A stretch of 32,000 nucleotides of DNA, from positions 90,001-122,000 of the forward strand of contig NC_022093.1 of the NCBI RefSeq assembly GCF_000446015.1, given 5' to 3'. This DNA is from Thermofilum adornatum. Lineage in GTDB: Archaea; Thermoproteota; Thermoprotei; Thermofilales; Thermofilaceae. The notes beneath the pieces are model-generated. The model ran no database searches. It had not been told where the DNA came from and saw only the letters and a program-made list of their open reading frames with translations. Each line of letters starts with the position of its first letter. The stretch's first letter is position 1. The position numbers and the translations under genes were made by a program. Of this stretch, positions 8,322 to 15,948 are shown in pieces.

Positions 8322-9026
8322 CTATATCCACTTCAAAATTTCTTCTTCAGATATCTGACCGCTAAATCTCTCCTTTATTTTTCCAGAGACTAAGACATAG
8401 AGATCATCTGCAATTTTTTTAGCCTCTGTGATGCTGTGGGAAACAATTACCGCGTAGCAATTTTTCTCCTTTACATATCTCTTTACAATGTCTTGGACAA
8501 TCTCTGCAGTATTAGGCGCGAGGCTGGCCGTGGGCTCGTCGAATAATAAGATTTCTGGGTTAAGGGCTAGTGTCCTGCCGATTGCTAAGAGCTGTTTTTG
8601 TCCTCCCGAGAGCCTATGTGCATTTATCTTGGCATATTCTTTGAGCCTAAGCATTGAAAGTATGCTTTCTGTTGTCTTTTTTGCCTCTTCTTTTGATGCC
8701 CCTCTAAGTCTCAGGGGAAGGTAGATATTATTGAAGATGCTAGCAGAGAGAACTGGGGGCCTTTGAGGGAGATAAGCAATTTTCTTCTGCAAGCTTCTCT
8801 TTTCAAGTTCGTTATCAAAGTCTATGGGCGAATCATCTATTTCTAGGCGTCCATCGTCGGGAGGAATAAGGAGTGCTAGTATCTTTAGGAGGGTGGATTT
8901 ACCCGAGCCATTGGGGCCCATAATTACGGCGATTCTACCCCTGTGGGCCTCGAGAGAAACATTGTCTAGTATCCTTGTTTTCCCAAAATATTTTACAATG
9001 TTTAATGCCTTAATCACTTCTTTCAC
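8322..9026 (-). CDS. tupC: Tungstate ABC transporter ATP-binding protein
   Basis: Walker A GPNGSGKST, signature LSGGQKQLLAIGR and Walker B ILLFDEPT are present. It overlaps the upstream permease gene by 17 bp. Confidence 0.85.
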   Translation of the reverse strand: MKEVIKALNIVKYFGKTRILDNVSLEAHRGRIAVIMGPNGSGKSTLLKILALLIPPDDGRLEIDDSPIDFDNELEKRSLQKKIAYLPQRPPVLSASIFNNIYLPLRLRGASKEEAKKTTESILSMLRLKEYAKINAHRLSGGQKQLLAIGRTLALNPEILLFDEPTASLAPNTAEIVQDIVKRYVKEKNCYAVIVSHSITEAKKIADDLYVLVSGKIKERFSGQISEEEILKWI

Positions 9027-9666
9027 CCATTCTGTATCTCAGTAGAAGGACGACAGCATTTATAGCGAAATAGACAAGAGTGAGCACTAGCCCTAGCCAC
9101 AGCACTGTGTCAAACTCTCCACTATTTGTGTAGTAAACTATCGCAGTCGTGAGAACCCTTGTATAGTACCTTATATTGCCGCCCACTATTATTACGGCTC
9201 CAACCTCTGAGACAGCCCTCGAAAACGCTGCCAGAACACCACTAATGATGCCTGTTCTAGCCTCGTTTATAAGCAACAAGACTTCGTAGTGAGCCGGCAG
9301 GGCTAGTGATTTAATGTATTCCCTGAGTTCTCGAGGTAGAGATTCCACCGCAGATATAGCCAGCCCTGTCACGATGGGTAAAGTTAGGAGGAATTGTGCT
9401 ATAATCATCGCCGCCGGCGTAAATAAGACCCCAAGGAAGCCCAGTGGCCCAGACCTAGACAGAAGGAGGTAAAGTATGAGGCCCAAGAGAACAGGCGGAG
9501 TACCCATTAAGGTGTTAATCAGTGTGATAGTGAGTTTCTTCAGTTTAAACTCGCTTGTAGCTATATATGCGCCCAGCCATACCCCTATGATTGACGAAAG
9601 AACAACGGCTACGCCAGATACTTGGATTGATAGCAAAGTAATCTGTATTAGCTCTGCTATATCCAT
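9010..9666 (-). CDS. tupB: Tungstate ABC transporter permease
   Basis: This is a 218-aa polytopic membrane protein of single-domain ABC permease size, located between the TupA-like and TupC-like genes. Confidence 0.8.
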   Translation of the reverse strand: MDIAELIQITLLSIQVSGVAVVLSSIIGVWLGAYIATSEFKLKKLTITLINTLMGTPPVLLGLILYLLLSRSGPLGFLGVLFTPAAMIIAQFLLTLPIVTGLAISAVESLPRELREYIKSLALPAHYEVLLLINEARTGIISGVLAAFSRAVSEVGAVIIVGGNIRYYTRVLTTAIVYYTNSGEFDTVLWLGLVLTLVYFAINAVVLLLRYRMGERSD

Positions 9667-9683
9667 TTGTCTCCCACTCTTCC

Positions 9684-10694
9684 TTAACTCCTGGAGAGGA
9701 GCTCCCTGTAAAATCTCACCTGTCCACTTTCCTCGTCGTACTCGTATGGGTCGTATATGCCTAGACTAGTCAAGTTTCCAAAGCAAACATTGAACAGCTT
9801 TGCTCCATCTTTAGTGTAGGTCCCAATGATTTTTTGTCCCTCGGGAGACACAAGAAAAGATACGAACAGCAGGGACTCGTTGTAGTGAACATTTGGAAAC
9901 TTTTTTGGATTGACTGGTATCGCCCTGTAGAGATTTAGGTATAATGGGTCGCCTTCACTCAAAATTACCAAATTTACTTTGTCTTTGAAAACTAGGAAAG
10001 TAGACCTGTCACACAGCGTGTATGCGCGAAGTTGATCGGCAATCATCAGGGTCTGGGACATCCCCTGGCCTGCTTCCTTGTACCAGGATTTTCCAGAGGG
10101 ATCCACCCCCGCCATTGCCCATAACGATAGCTCCCGGAGATTTGTTCCCGACTTGTCTCCCCTAGAGACAAATATGGCCCTACCCTGCTCTCCTGCCTGG
10201 AATATTCTCTTAAAGGCCTCTACAGCTCCTTTGGACCCTTTTACACCCGCAGGATCCTCTGGCGGACCCACCAGCACGAAATCATTATATGCGAAAGTAA
10301 CTCCGTGAACCCCATAGCCCTCCGAGATGAAGCGGTCTTCTAGATCTCTATTATGAACAATTATTAAGTCCGCGTCACCCCTTTTACCTAGCTCAACAGC
10401 TTGTCCCGTACCGACTGCAACCCATGTGACCTCTATCCAGGGGTACTTGTCCTCGAAACTCTTCTTAACTACATCTAGAAGGCCCGTCGCGTCGAGACTC
10501 GTAGTTGTAGCTATCCTAAGGACTACGTGCTTACGAGATGTTAGAGTCCAGGTGGTGTTTTGCCCATTTGCTTGGAATGAGGGAGCTAGAGATGTTTCAT
10601 GGATTTTCGAGATAAAAAATTGAGAAATTAAAGAGCCAACGATAAGTCCGAGGACGAATGAACCTAGCCAAAACATTAGACGGTAACCTTCCAT
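9684..10694 (-). CDS. tupA: Tungstate-binding protein (TupA-type substrate-binding protein), N-terminally anchored
   Basis: N-terminal TM anchor. The block LRIATTTSLDATGLLDVVKKSFEDKYP...VAVGTGQAVELGKRGDADLIIVHNRDLEDRFISEGYGV...YNDFVLVGPPEDPAGVKG matches the TupA TTTS / VGTG / NDFV-GP-DPAG pattern as I remember it. Confidence 0.85.
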   Translation of the reverse strand: MEGYRLMFWLGSFVLGLIVGSLISQFFISKIHETSLAPSFQANGQNTTWTLTSRKHVVLRIATTTSLDATGLLDVVKKSFEDKYPWIEVTWVAVGTGQAVELGKRGDADLIIVHNRDLEDRFISEGYGVHGVTFAYNDFVLVGPPEDPAGVKGSKGAVEAFKRIFQAGEQGRAIFVSRGDKSGTNLRELSLWAMAGVDPSGKSWYKEAGQGMSQTLMIADQLRAYTLCDRSTFLVFKDKVNLVILSEGDPLYLNLYRAIPVNPKKFPNVHYNESLLFVSFLVSPEGQKIIGTYTKDGAKLFNVCFGNLTSLGIYDPYEYDEESGQVRFYRELLSRS

Positions 10695-10730
10695 ATTTAA
10701 CCAATACCGTTATTATTTTTGTTACACTTC

Positions 10731-10756
10731 TATTTATAATTATCTATGTTTATCTA
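10731..10756 (-). promoter_or_regulatory. Putative tupA TATA box with adjacent direct repeat TTATCTA x2
   Basis: The segment tatttataat (10731-10740) reads TTATAAATA on the minus strand and lies 37-46 bp upstream of the tupA ATG (10694). TTATCTA occurs at 10740-10746 and 10750-10756, a 10-bp phasing. Confidence 0.3.
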
Positions 10757-10809
10757 CCTAAGAACAAGAAAAAGGGTTAAGTATTTACTTGTAATTTCAG
10801 GAAATTTGT

Positions 10810-13227
10810 GTGACTTGTATGTTGAAAGAAAGCCGAACGTATTCTGTCAGAGACATGGAAAACATGAGTATTAATGAAGTCATTGCCTATCTCTCTTCTA
10901 GCGAGGAGGGGTTATCTTCTGAAGAGGTTTCACGTAGGCTCAAGGAGTATGGATTTAACGAGGTTCCAGAAAAGAAAAAGAATCCATTGCTCGAATATTT
11001 GAAGCGTTACTGGGGGCCGCTTCCCTGGCTTATGGAGATAACGATTATCACTTCTATTGTTGCAGAAAAGATCCTTGAAGCTGAGATAATTGCCTTTCTC
11101 CTGGTTCTGAATGCAACAATAGGTTTTCTCCATTCAAGATCCTCGGAGAAAACGGTACAATTACTCAAGAAAAAGCTCTCGGTTAAGGTTAGCGTGCTAA
11201 GAGACGGAAAGTGGATAGAGGTAGATGCAAGGGAACTCGTGCCAGGCGACATTATTTTTCTAAGGATTGGAAGCATCGTGCCAGCGGACGCAAAAGTTAT
11301 CAACGGCAATATGCTTGTCGACCAGTCTGCACTTACAGGGGAGTCTCTGCCAGTAGAGGTTGGACCGGGAGGAATAATTTATTCTGGCTCCATAGTGAAG
11401 AGGGGAGAAGCTAGGTGCATTGTTGTTGCTACTGGCACAAAGACATATTTTGGTAAAACAATTGAGCTTGTAAAAGAGGCAAAGACAACTTCAATGCAGG
11501 AAGAAGCCGTCCTCAAAATTACACGTTACATGCTTTATGCTGGGCTAGTAGCCCTCGCAGTCTCAATTCCTATAGGAATAATGGAGAAGTGGAGCGTATT
11601 TTCCCTAATAGACTTAGCCGTAGTCTTCCTTATGTCATGTGTCCCTGTGGCTTTGCCAGCAGTATTAACAATAATGCAGGCTTATGGTTCAATGGAGCTT
11701 TCTAGGAGAAACGTTTTAGTGACTAGGTTAAGCGCAGTTGAAGACATCGGTGCCGTCAATGTTGCCTGCCTTGATAAGACGGGAACAATAACCCTCAACC
11801 AGCTGGAGGTTGTCGGTGTTAAAGGCTATGGCTTCACAGAGAAAGATGTAGTTCTATACGCTGTTTTGGCGTCTCGAGAAGAGGCCCATGATCCATTAAA
11901 CGATGCAATTATAACGTATGGTAAGAGAATTGGTGTCACAAGAGATCTATGCAAGGAGCTAAGCTTTACTCCTTTTGAACCATCTTTGAAGAGGTCTGAG
12001 TGCGTTGCGCTCTGCGGCAACGAAAAGGTTAGGGCTATCCTTGGTGAGCCAAAAACTGTCTTATCTCTATGCACAAATAATGAGCACCTTAAAGATAAAG
12101 TTCTCCAAGACATCGAGGAAGCTTCAAGGAAAGGTGCACGAACCCTTGCAGTAGCTGTCCAAAGAGGCGATTCACGGGAAGTCACATTTGCTGGACTTAT
12201 CCACCTTATGGATCCGCCTCGCCCGGATGCGCGGGAAATGATACTTAAGCTTCGCGAACACGGCGTGAGGCCAGTCATGCTTACGGGGGACAATGTAGCT
12301 ATAGCTAAGGAGATTGCAAGAAACGTAGCTATTGGTGAAAGGATTTTTTCAGTACGTGAGATTATGTCTAAGGACGTAAAACTCGAAGATATTATTGATG
12401 AGGCTGATGGTCTAGCAGAGGTATATCCTGAAGACAAATTCAACGTAGTAAAGGCTCTACAATCTAAAGGCTATAGAGTAGCCATGACTGGTGACGGAGT
12501 AAACGATGCACCTGCACTAAGCCAAGCAGAGGCTGGTATAGCCGTTAAACAAGCTACGGACGCGGCAAAAGCGACTGCAAGCCTCGTTTTGCTCGAGGAT
12601 GGATTATCCGTCATAGTTGATGCAATTACAGTTGGGAGAATCCTGCATCAAAGAGCCTTAACCTGGGTTATAAACAAGATTACTAAGACACTCCAGACCA
12701 TCCTCGTAATCCTCGTAGGAATGCTTTGGTTAAGAAAAATGACTATTACACCTATGGGGATGGCCGTCCTTCTGCTCGCCAACGACTTTTTAACAATGAC
12801 TATTTCGACTGATAATGCTCGGCCATCAATGAAGCCTGCCACGTGGAATGTGAAAAATATAATGATTTTCTCGCTCCCCTTATCTATAGCGATGCTCATA
12901 CCACCAGTGATTGTCACATATATCTCCCTCTCCGTGCTTAACTCATCTTGGAATGCTACCGTTTCTGCCGTGCTATTGTCACTCATCTACACGAGTCAAG
13001 TGAGAATACTTATGGTTAGGGAAAGGAAATGGCTATGGTCTTCTAGACCTGGGAGAGAACTAACTATTTCATTGCTCGGTACATTGATTGTTTTTACTCT
13101 CCTCGCTTATACTGGTATAATCTTTACGGAGCTAACTCCAAACCTTCTCTTAGTAGTTGCCACTACTTCATTGATACCTCTAGCCTTTGAACCCCTAAAA
13201 GTATATCTTGCAAAGAAATATTTTTAA
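10810..13227 (+). CDS. P-type ATPase, type III (plasma-membrane H+-ATPase-like, MJ1226 type)
   Basis: P-type motifs present: LTGESLPV (TGES), phosphorylation site CLDKTGTITLN, MLTGDN and MTGDGVNDAPAL. The 805-aa length and N-terminus (GLSSEEVSRRLKEYGFNEV) fit the H+-ATPase subfamily. The start is ambiguous (GTG 10810, ATG 10819 or ATG 10855). Confidence 0.9.
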   Translation: MTCMLKESRTYSVRDMENMSINEVIAYLSSSEEGLSSEEVSRRLKEYGFNEVPEKKKNPLLEYLKRYWGPLPWLMEITIITSIVAEKILEAEIIAFLLVLNATIGFLHSRSSEKTVQLLKKKLSVKVSVLRDGKWIEVDARELVPGDIIFLRIGSIVPADAKVINGNMLVDQSALTGESLPVEVGPGGIIYSGSIVKRGEARCIVVATGTKTYFGKTIELVKEAKTTSMQEEAVLKITRYMLYAGLVALAVSIPIGIMEKWSVFSLIDLAVVFLMSCVPVALPAVLTIMQAYGSMELSRRNVLVTRLSAVEDIGAVNVACLDKTGTITLNQLEVVGVKGYGFTEKDVVLYAVLASREEAHDPLNDAIITYGKRIGVTRDLCKELSFTPFEPSLKRSECVALCGNEKVRAILGEPKTVLSLCTNNEHLKDKVLQDIEEASRKGARTLAVAVQRGDSREVTFAGLIHLMDPPRPDAREMILKLREHGVRPVMLTGDNVAIAKEIARNVAIGERIFSVREIMSKDVKLEDIIDEADGLAEVYPEDKFNVVKALQSKGYRVAMTGDGVNDAPALSQAEAGIAVKQATDAAKATASLVLLEDGLSVIVDAITVGRILHQRALTWVINKITKTLQTILVILVGMLWLRKMTITPMGMAVLLLANDFLTMTISTDNARPSMKPATWNVKNIMIFSLPLSIAMLIPPVIVTYISLSVLNSSWNATVSAVLLSLIYTSQVRILMVRERKWLWSSRPGRELTISLLGTLIVFTLLAYTGIIFTELTPNLLLVVATTSLIPLAFEPLKVYLAKKYF

Positions 13228-13289
13228 ATGACTCGTTTTTATAAATATCTTTAAAGATAAACTATAACTATGAGAAAATCTTTTAATTA

Positions 13290-13586
13290 ATGATTAGTAT
13301 GACTGTATATGTTATTAAAAGAGACGGCTCAAAGGAAGAATTCGCTCCTGAAAAAATTGTTGTTAGTTGCCTAAAGGCTGGTGCACCCCTGGATGTAGCT
13401 AGGAGAATAGCTAAAATTGTGGAGGGGGACATTCTTAAAAGTAATGTGACAGAGGTTTCTACGAAAGAAATTATGAAAGAAGTGTTGACTCTTCTCAAGA
13501 AGGAGAACGAGGAGTGGTACAGGAACTGGATTATATTTGACAAGGCTGTAAAGAGACGCTCAACAGAAAAAGAAATTTCAAAGTAA
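13290..13586 (+). CDS. Stand-alone ATP-cone domain protein
   Basis: VYVIKRDGSKEEFAPEKIVVSCLKAGAPLDVARRIAKIVEGDI matches the start of the ATP-cone (NrdR / RNR allosteric domain) pattern. The protein is 95-98 aa with no zinc ribbon. The likelier start is the ATG at 13299. Confidence 0.65.
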   Translation: MISMTVYVIKRDGSKEEFAPEKIVVSCLKAGAPLDVARRIAKIVEGDILKSNVTEVSTKEIMKEVLTLLKKENEEWYRNWIIFDKAVKRRSTEKEISK

Positions 13587-13678
13587 GCCGAGTAAAATCA
13601 AAAATATATTTCTTTTTTCGTATTTCACTCTAACGTATAATTTTATATCCATCATTGCGAGCCGTAATTTTGTTCTTC

Positions 13679-13704
13679 CTTCATGATGAAGCAACATTTA
13701 TAAA
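13679..13704 (+). promoter_or_regulatory. Perfect 6-1-6 palindrome abutting a TATA-like box upstream of queT
   Basis: CTTCAT-G-ATGAAG lies at 13679-13691, followed by atttataaa (13696-13704). This is about 35 bp upstream of the ATG at 13738. Confidence 0.3.
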
Positions 13705-13737
13705 GTGCGAGACATCACTGAATAAGGTTGCAAAGGC

Positions 13738-14256
13738 ATGCGTTCACAGGATGTAGCTCTCTCGGCCTTAATTGCGGCTCTATATGCCGTTCTCGTAGTT
13801 GTTCTCCAGCCAATTTCTTTCCTGGCTTTCCAGGTTAGACTCGCTGATGCATTGCTCCCTCTTTCCATGGTTTATGGGTTCCCGGTGGCTGTCGGCGTCA
13901 GTCTGGGATGCTTCGTTGGAAACTTTTTGGCCGCTCCGTGGGGGAGCTTGTCTTTATCAATGATTGATGCGGTGTTTGGATCTATTGCTAACTTTGTGGC
14001 GAGTATGTTGGCTTATTTGATTGCTAAGAGGGGAGCGGGGATTAAGCTTAAGATTTGGGGCGCGGCGTCAGAGGCAGTTGTAGTCTCTATTATCGTGGGT
14101 ACTTATCTCAAGTTTTTGCTCGAGTGGGCTATGGGTATTGATCTCCCACTGATATTGTCAGTGCTAGGAGTTTTAGGCGGCTCCATTGTTTCGATTGTTA
14201 TTATTGGTGTCCCAGTAGCTGTAATTGTTGAAAAGAATTTTCCACGTCTTAAATAA
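13738..14256 (+). CDS. queT: QueT-family queuosine/archaeosine-precursor transporter
   Basis: This is a 172-aa polytopic membrane protein. The block ALIAALYAVLVVVLQPISFLAFQVRLADALLPL...GCFVGNF...IDAVFGSIANFVASMLAYLIAKR follows the QueT pattern as I remember it. Confidence 0.65.
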   Translation: MRSQDVALSALIAALYAVLVVVLQPISFLAFQVRLADALLPLSMVYGFPVAVGVSLGCFVGNFLAAPWGSLSLSMIDAVFGSIANFVASMLAYLIAKRGAGIKLKIWGAASEAVVVSIIVGTYLKFLLEWAMGIDLPLILSVLGVLGGSIVSIVIIGVPVAVIVEKNFPRLK

Positions 14257-14307
14257 AAAACCGTAACTCATGCTAAGCTTTATATTCAGGGTTTTTATTT
14301 ATTATGT

Positions 14308-14970
14308 ATGACTCAACAAACAATTGACCCGGGAAATGTACTGTCTAGAGCAATAGATTTTTCCGTGAAGCTGACAAAAGACGTTGGCAACCTGTTGATC
14401 TTGATTGTCCTGTCAATTATACCAATTGTTAACTTTATTGTTATAGGCTACTTTGCAGAAATAGTTTGGCAAAATCCCGAGGAGCCGCCGAAGCTAGAAA
14501 CATCGAGACTGGGTGAATATTTCGTAGAGGGTCTCAAGGTTATCCTAATATCGCTGGTCTACTTCATCGTCCCCCTTCTCTTAATAGGTATCGGCATGGT
14601 TACCAGCGGGGCCTTCCATCCAATGGGAATGACTGGCATAGGTTTCCTCAGGCTACTGGCTGGAGGAATATTTTTCTTGCTGGGCTTTATACTCTTGCTT
14701 GCCATTGCTTTCATTGCTTACCCACTTCTGGGAATAATTCTAAGAACTGGTGATGCCTCAAAGATATTTGCCTTCGGCGAAGCATGGAGCCTTATTCAGA
14801 CAATTGGTCTGGGTAACTACCTAGTCATTTTAATAGCGCTCCTCATTATCAATCTAATTGTTTCTGCACTTGGCAACATAGTAGCATTAATCCTGTCACC
14901 GTTTCTCATGGCTATAACCTTCAAAGCATTAGCCATAATAGTTGATACAAGATATCCTGCACGCCCCTAA
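14308..14970 (+). CDS. DUF4013-like integral membrane protein
   Basis: The N-terminal region (IIPIVNFIVIGYFAEIVWQNPEEPPKLE...YFVEGLKVILISLVYFIVPLLL) resembles the archaeal DUF4013 pattern. The protein is 220 aa with multiple TM helices. Confidence 0.55.
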   Translation: MTQQTIDPGNVLSRAIDFSVKLTKDVGNLLILIVLSIIPIVNFIVIGYFAEIVWQNPEEPPKLETSRLGEYFVEGLKVILISLVYFIVPLLLIGIGMVTSGAFHPMGMTGIGFLRLLAGGIFFLLGFILLLAIAFIAYPLLGIILRTGDASKIFAFGEAWSLIQTIGLGNYLVILIALLIINLIVSALGNIVALILSPFLMAITFKALAIIVDTRYPARP

Positions 14971-15197
14971 ATTATTTCTTTTTTCTCCTCTGGCTTGAAA
15001 AGCTCTTTGGGGAGAAAAGCTCTATAGAGCTCTTCCAAGAATTCCCTCTGGATCCTTACACGTTTCTTGACTTTTTCAATAAACCTTTTTGTATCCACAA
15101 TTAATAATATTCCTGCCTTGGATATAAATCTGATGTATCTATCGTTCATGCATAGGCCCGCTTTCCGGAACCCAGTAAGTTTTATTACGTGTCCCAT
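14967..15197 (-). CDS. Small basic hypothetical protein (76 aa; possibly 60 aa from the internal Met)
   Basis: The ORF exactly fills the 246-bp space between the DUF4013-like gene (4-bp overlap at its 3' end) and the membrane-protein gene at 15217. Its composition is Lys/Arg/Glu-rich. I recognise no motif. Confidence 0.4.
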   Translation of the reverse strand: MGHVIKLTGFRKAGLCMNDRYIRFISKAGILLIVDTKRFIEKVKKRVRIQREFLEELYRAFLPKELFKPEEKKEII

Positions 15198-15216
15198 GTT
15201 CTCTGTCTAGGTCTAA

Positions 15217-15939
15217 ATGGCTAGCACAAACCAGACTATCGTAAAGCCTGTGCCTCTAGGGTGGCTTGGTAGCTACCTCAGAATAATTGCCTTACTCCTC
15301 ACCGGCGTAGCAACAAGTTTCTCGGAGACCTTAACATGGCTACCCCTAGGCTATTTGGGTCTGACCAGCATTGTTTTTGGAAAAACTACAAATATGGAGA
15401 GGCTACTGGTGCTACTCTATTATTTAACTTTCCTCGTCCCAAACTTTGGCATAGAGGGGCTTCAGCAATTTCTCCCCAGCATAGTATTGTCTTTTACGTC
15501 TTTAGTATTTCTCGTCCTCTTGAACATTGAGGCACATAATACTATTTACATTCTGGGAGCCAACGAACTAGTGATTAACGGCTTGAGTGTTGAAGACTTA
15601 TCTTTTAAGAGTAGAAAAGTAGACCTTTCAAGCGAATATCTTATTAGAACAAAAAATCAACTTTCTAGCCGTTTCACTCGTACCCCTTTCCAGGAGATAG
15701 AGATTTTTACAGAGGAAAGGGTTTACAAACTACGAGGTGTCCCTAAGAAGGCGAGGATTGAGGATAGGCTGAAAAAGAGGGCGTCAGCGAAACGAGTCCC
15801 GAGAAAAGAAAGGTTGCCTATCGCGGAGAGAATGTCTGATGGGCTTGAAAATACAAAACCAGAAGAGAGGAAGGCTGGCAAAGATAACGAAGATACGTAT
15901 AAAGCAAGGAAAAATCTCATTGACGATTTTCTGCCGTGA
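15217..15939 (+). CDS. Membrane protein (about 4 TM helices), small cytoplasmic beta-rich domain and Lys/Arg-rich tail; partner of the BrxL-like ATPase
   Basis: Four hydrophobic segments lie within residues about 18-105. Next comes TIYILGANELVINGLSVEDLSFKSRKVDL...EIEIFTEERVYKLRGVP, which may be a bacterial-PH-like domain (inference). A highly basic tail follows (KKRASAKRVPRKERLP...KPEERKAGK). The TGA stop at 15937-15939 overlaps a GAGGTG Shine-Dalgarno-like element 5 nt ahead of the next ATG. Confidence 0.7.
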   Translation: MASTNQTIVKPVPLGWLGSYLRIIALLLTGVATSFSETLTWLPLGYLGLTSIVFGKTTNMERLLVLLYYLTFLVPNFGIEGLQQFLPSIVLSFTSLVFLVLLNIEAHNTIYILGANELVINGLSVEDLSFKSRKVDLSSEYLIRTKNQLSSRFTRTPFQEIEIFTEERVYKLRGVPKKARIEDRLKKRASAKRVPRKERLPIAERMSDGLENTKPEERKAGKDNEDTYKARKNLIDDFLP

Positions 15940-15948
15940 GGTGTAAAT

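Noticed and set aside
11826-12443. 205-aa minus-strand ORF inside the P-type ATPase gene
   Set aside because: It is antisense to the best-conserved part of the ATPase (the DKTGT to GDGVNDAPAL region) and its translation is Ser-rich with no motif.
13683-13721. Canonical C box ATGATGA (13683-13689) followed by CTGA (13718-13721)
   Set aside because: Only 28 nt separate the boxes, which is too short for a C/D' - C'/D architecture. The segment overlaps the palindrome and TATA box of the queT promoter and ends 17 nt before its ATG.
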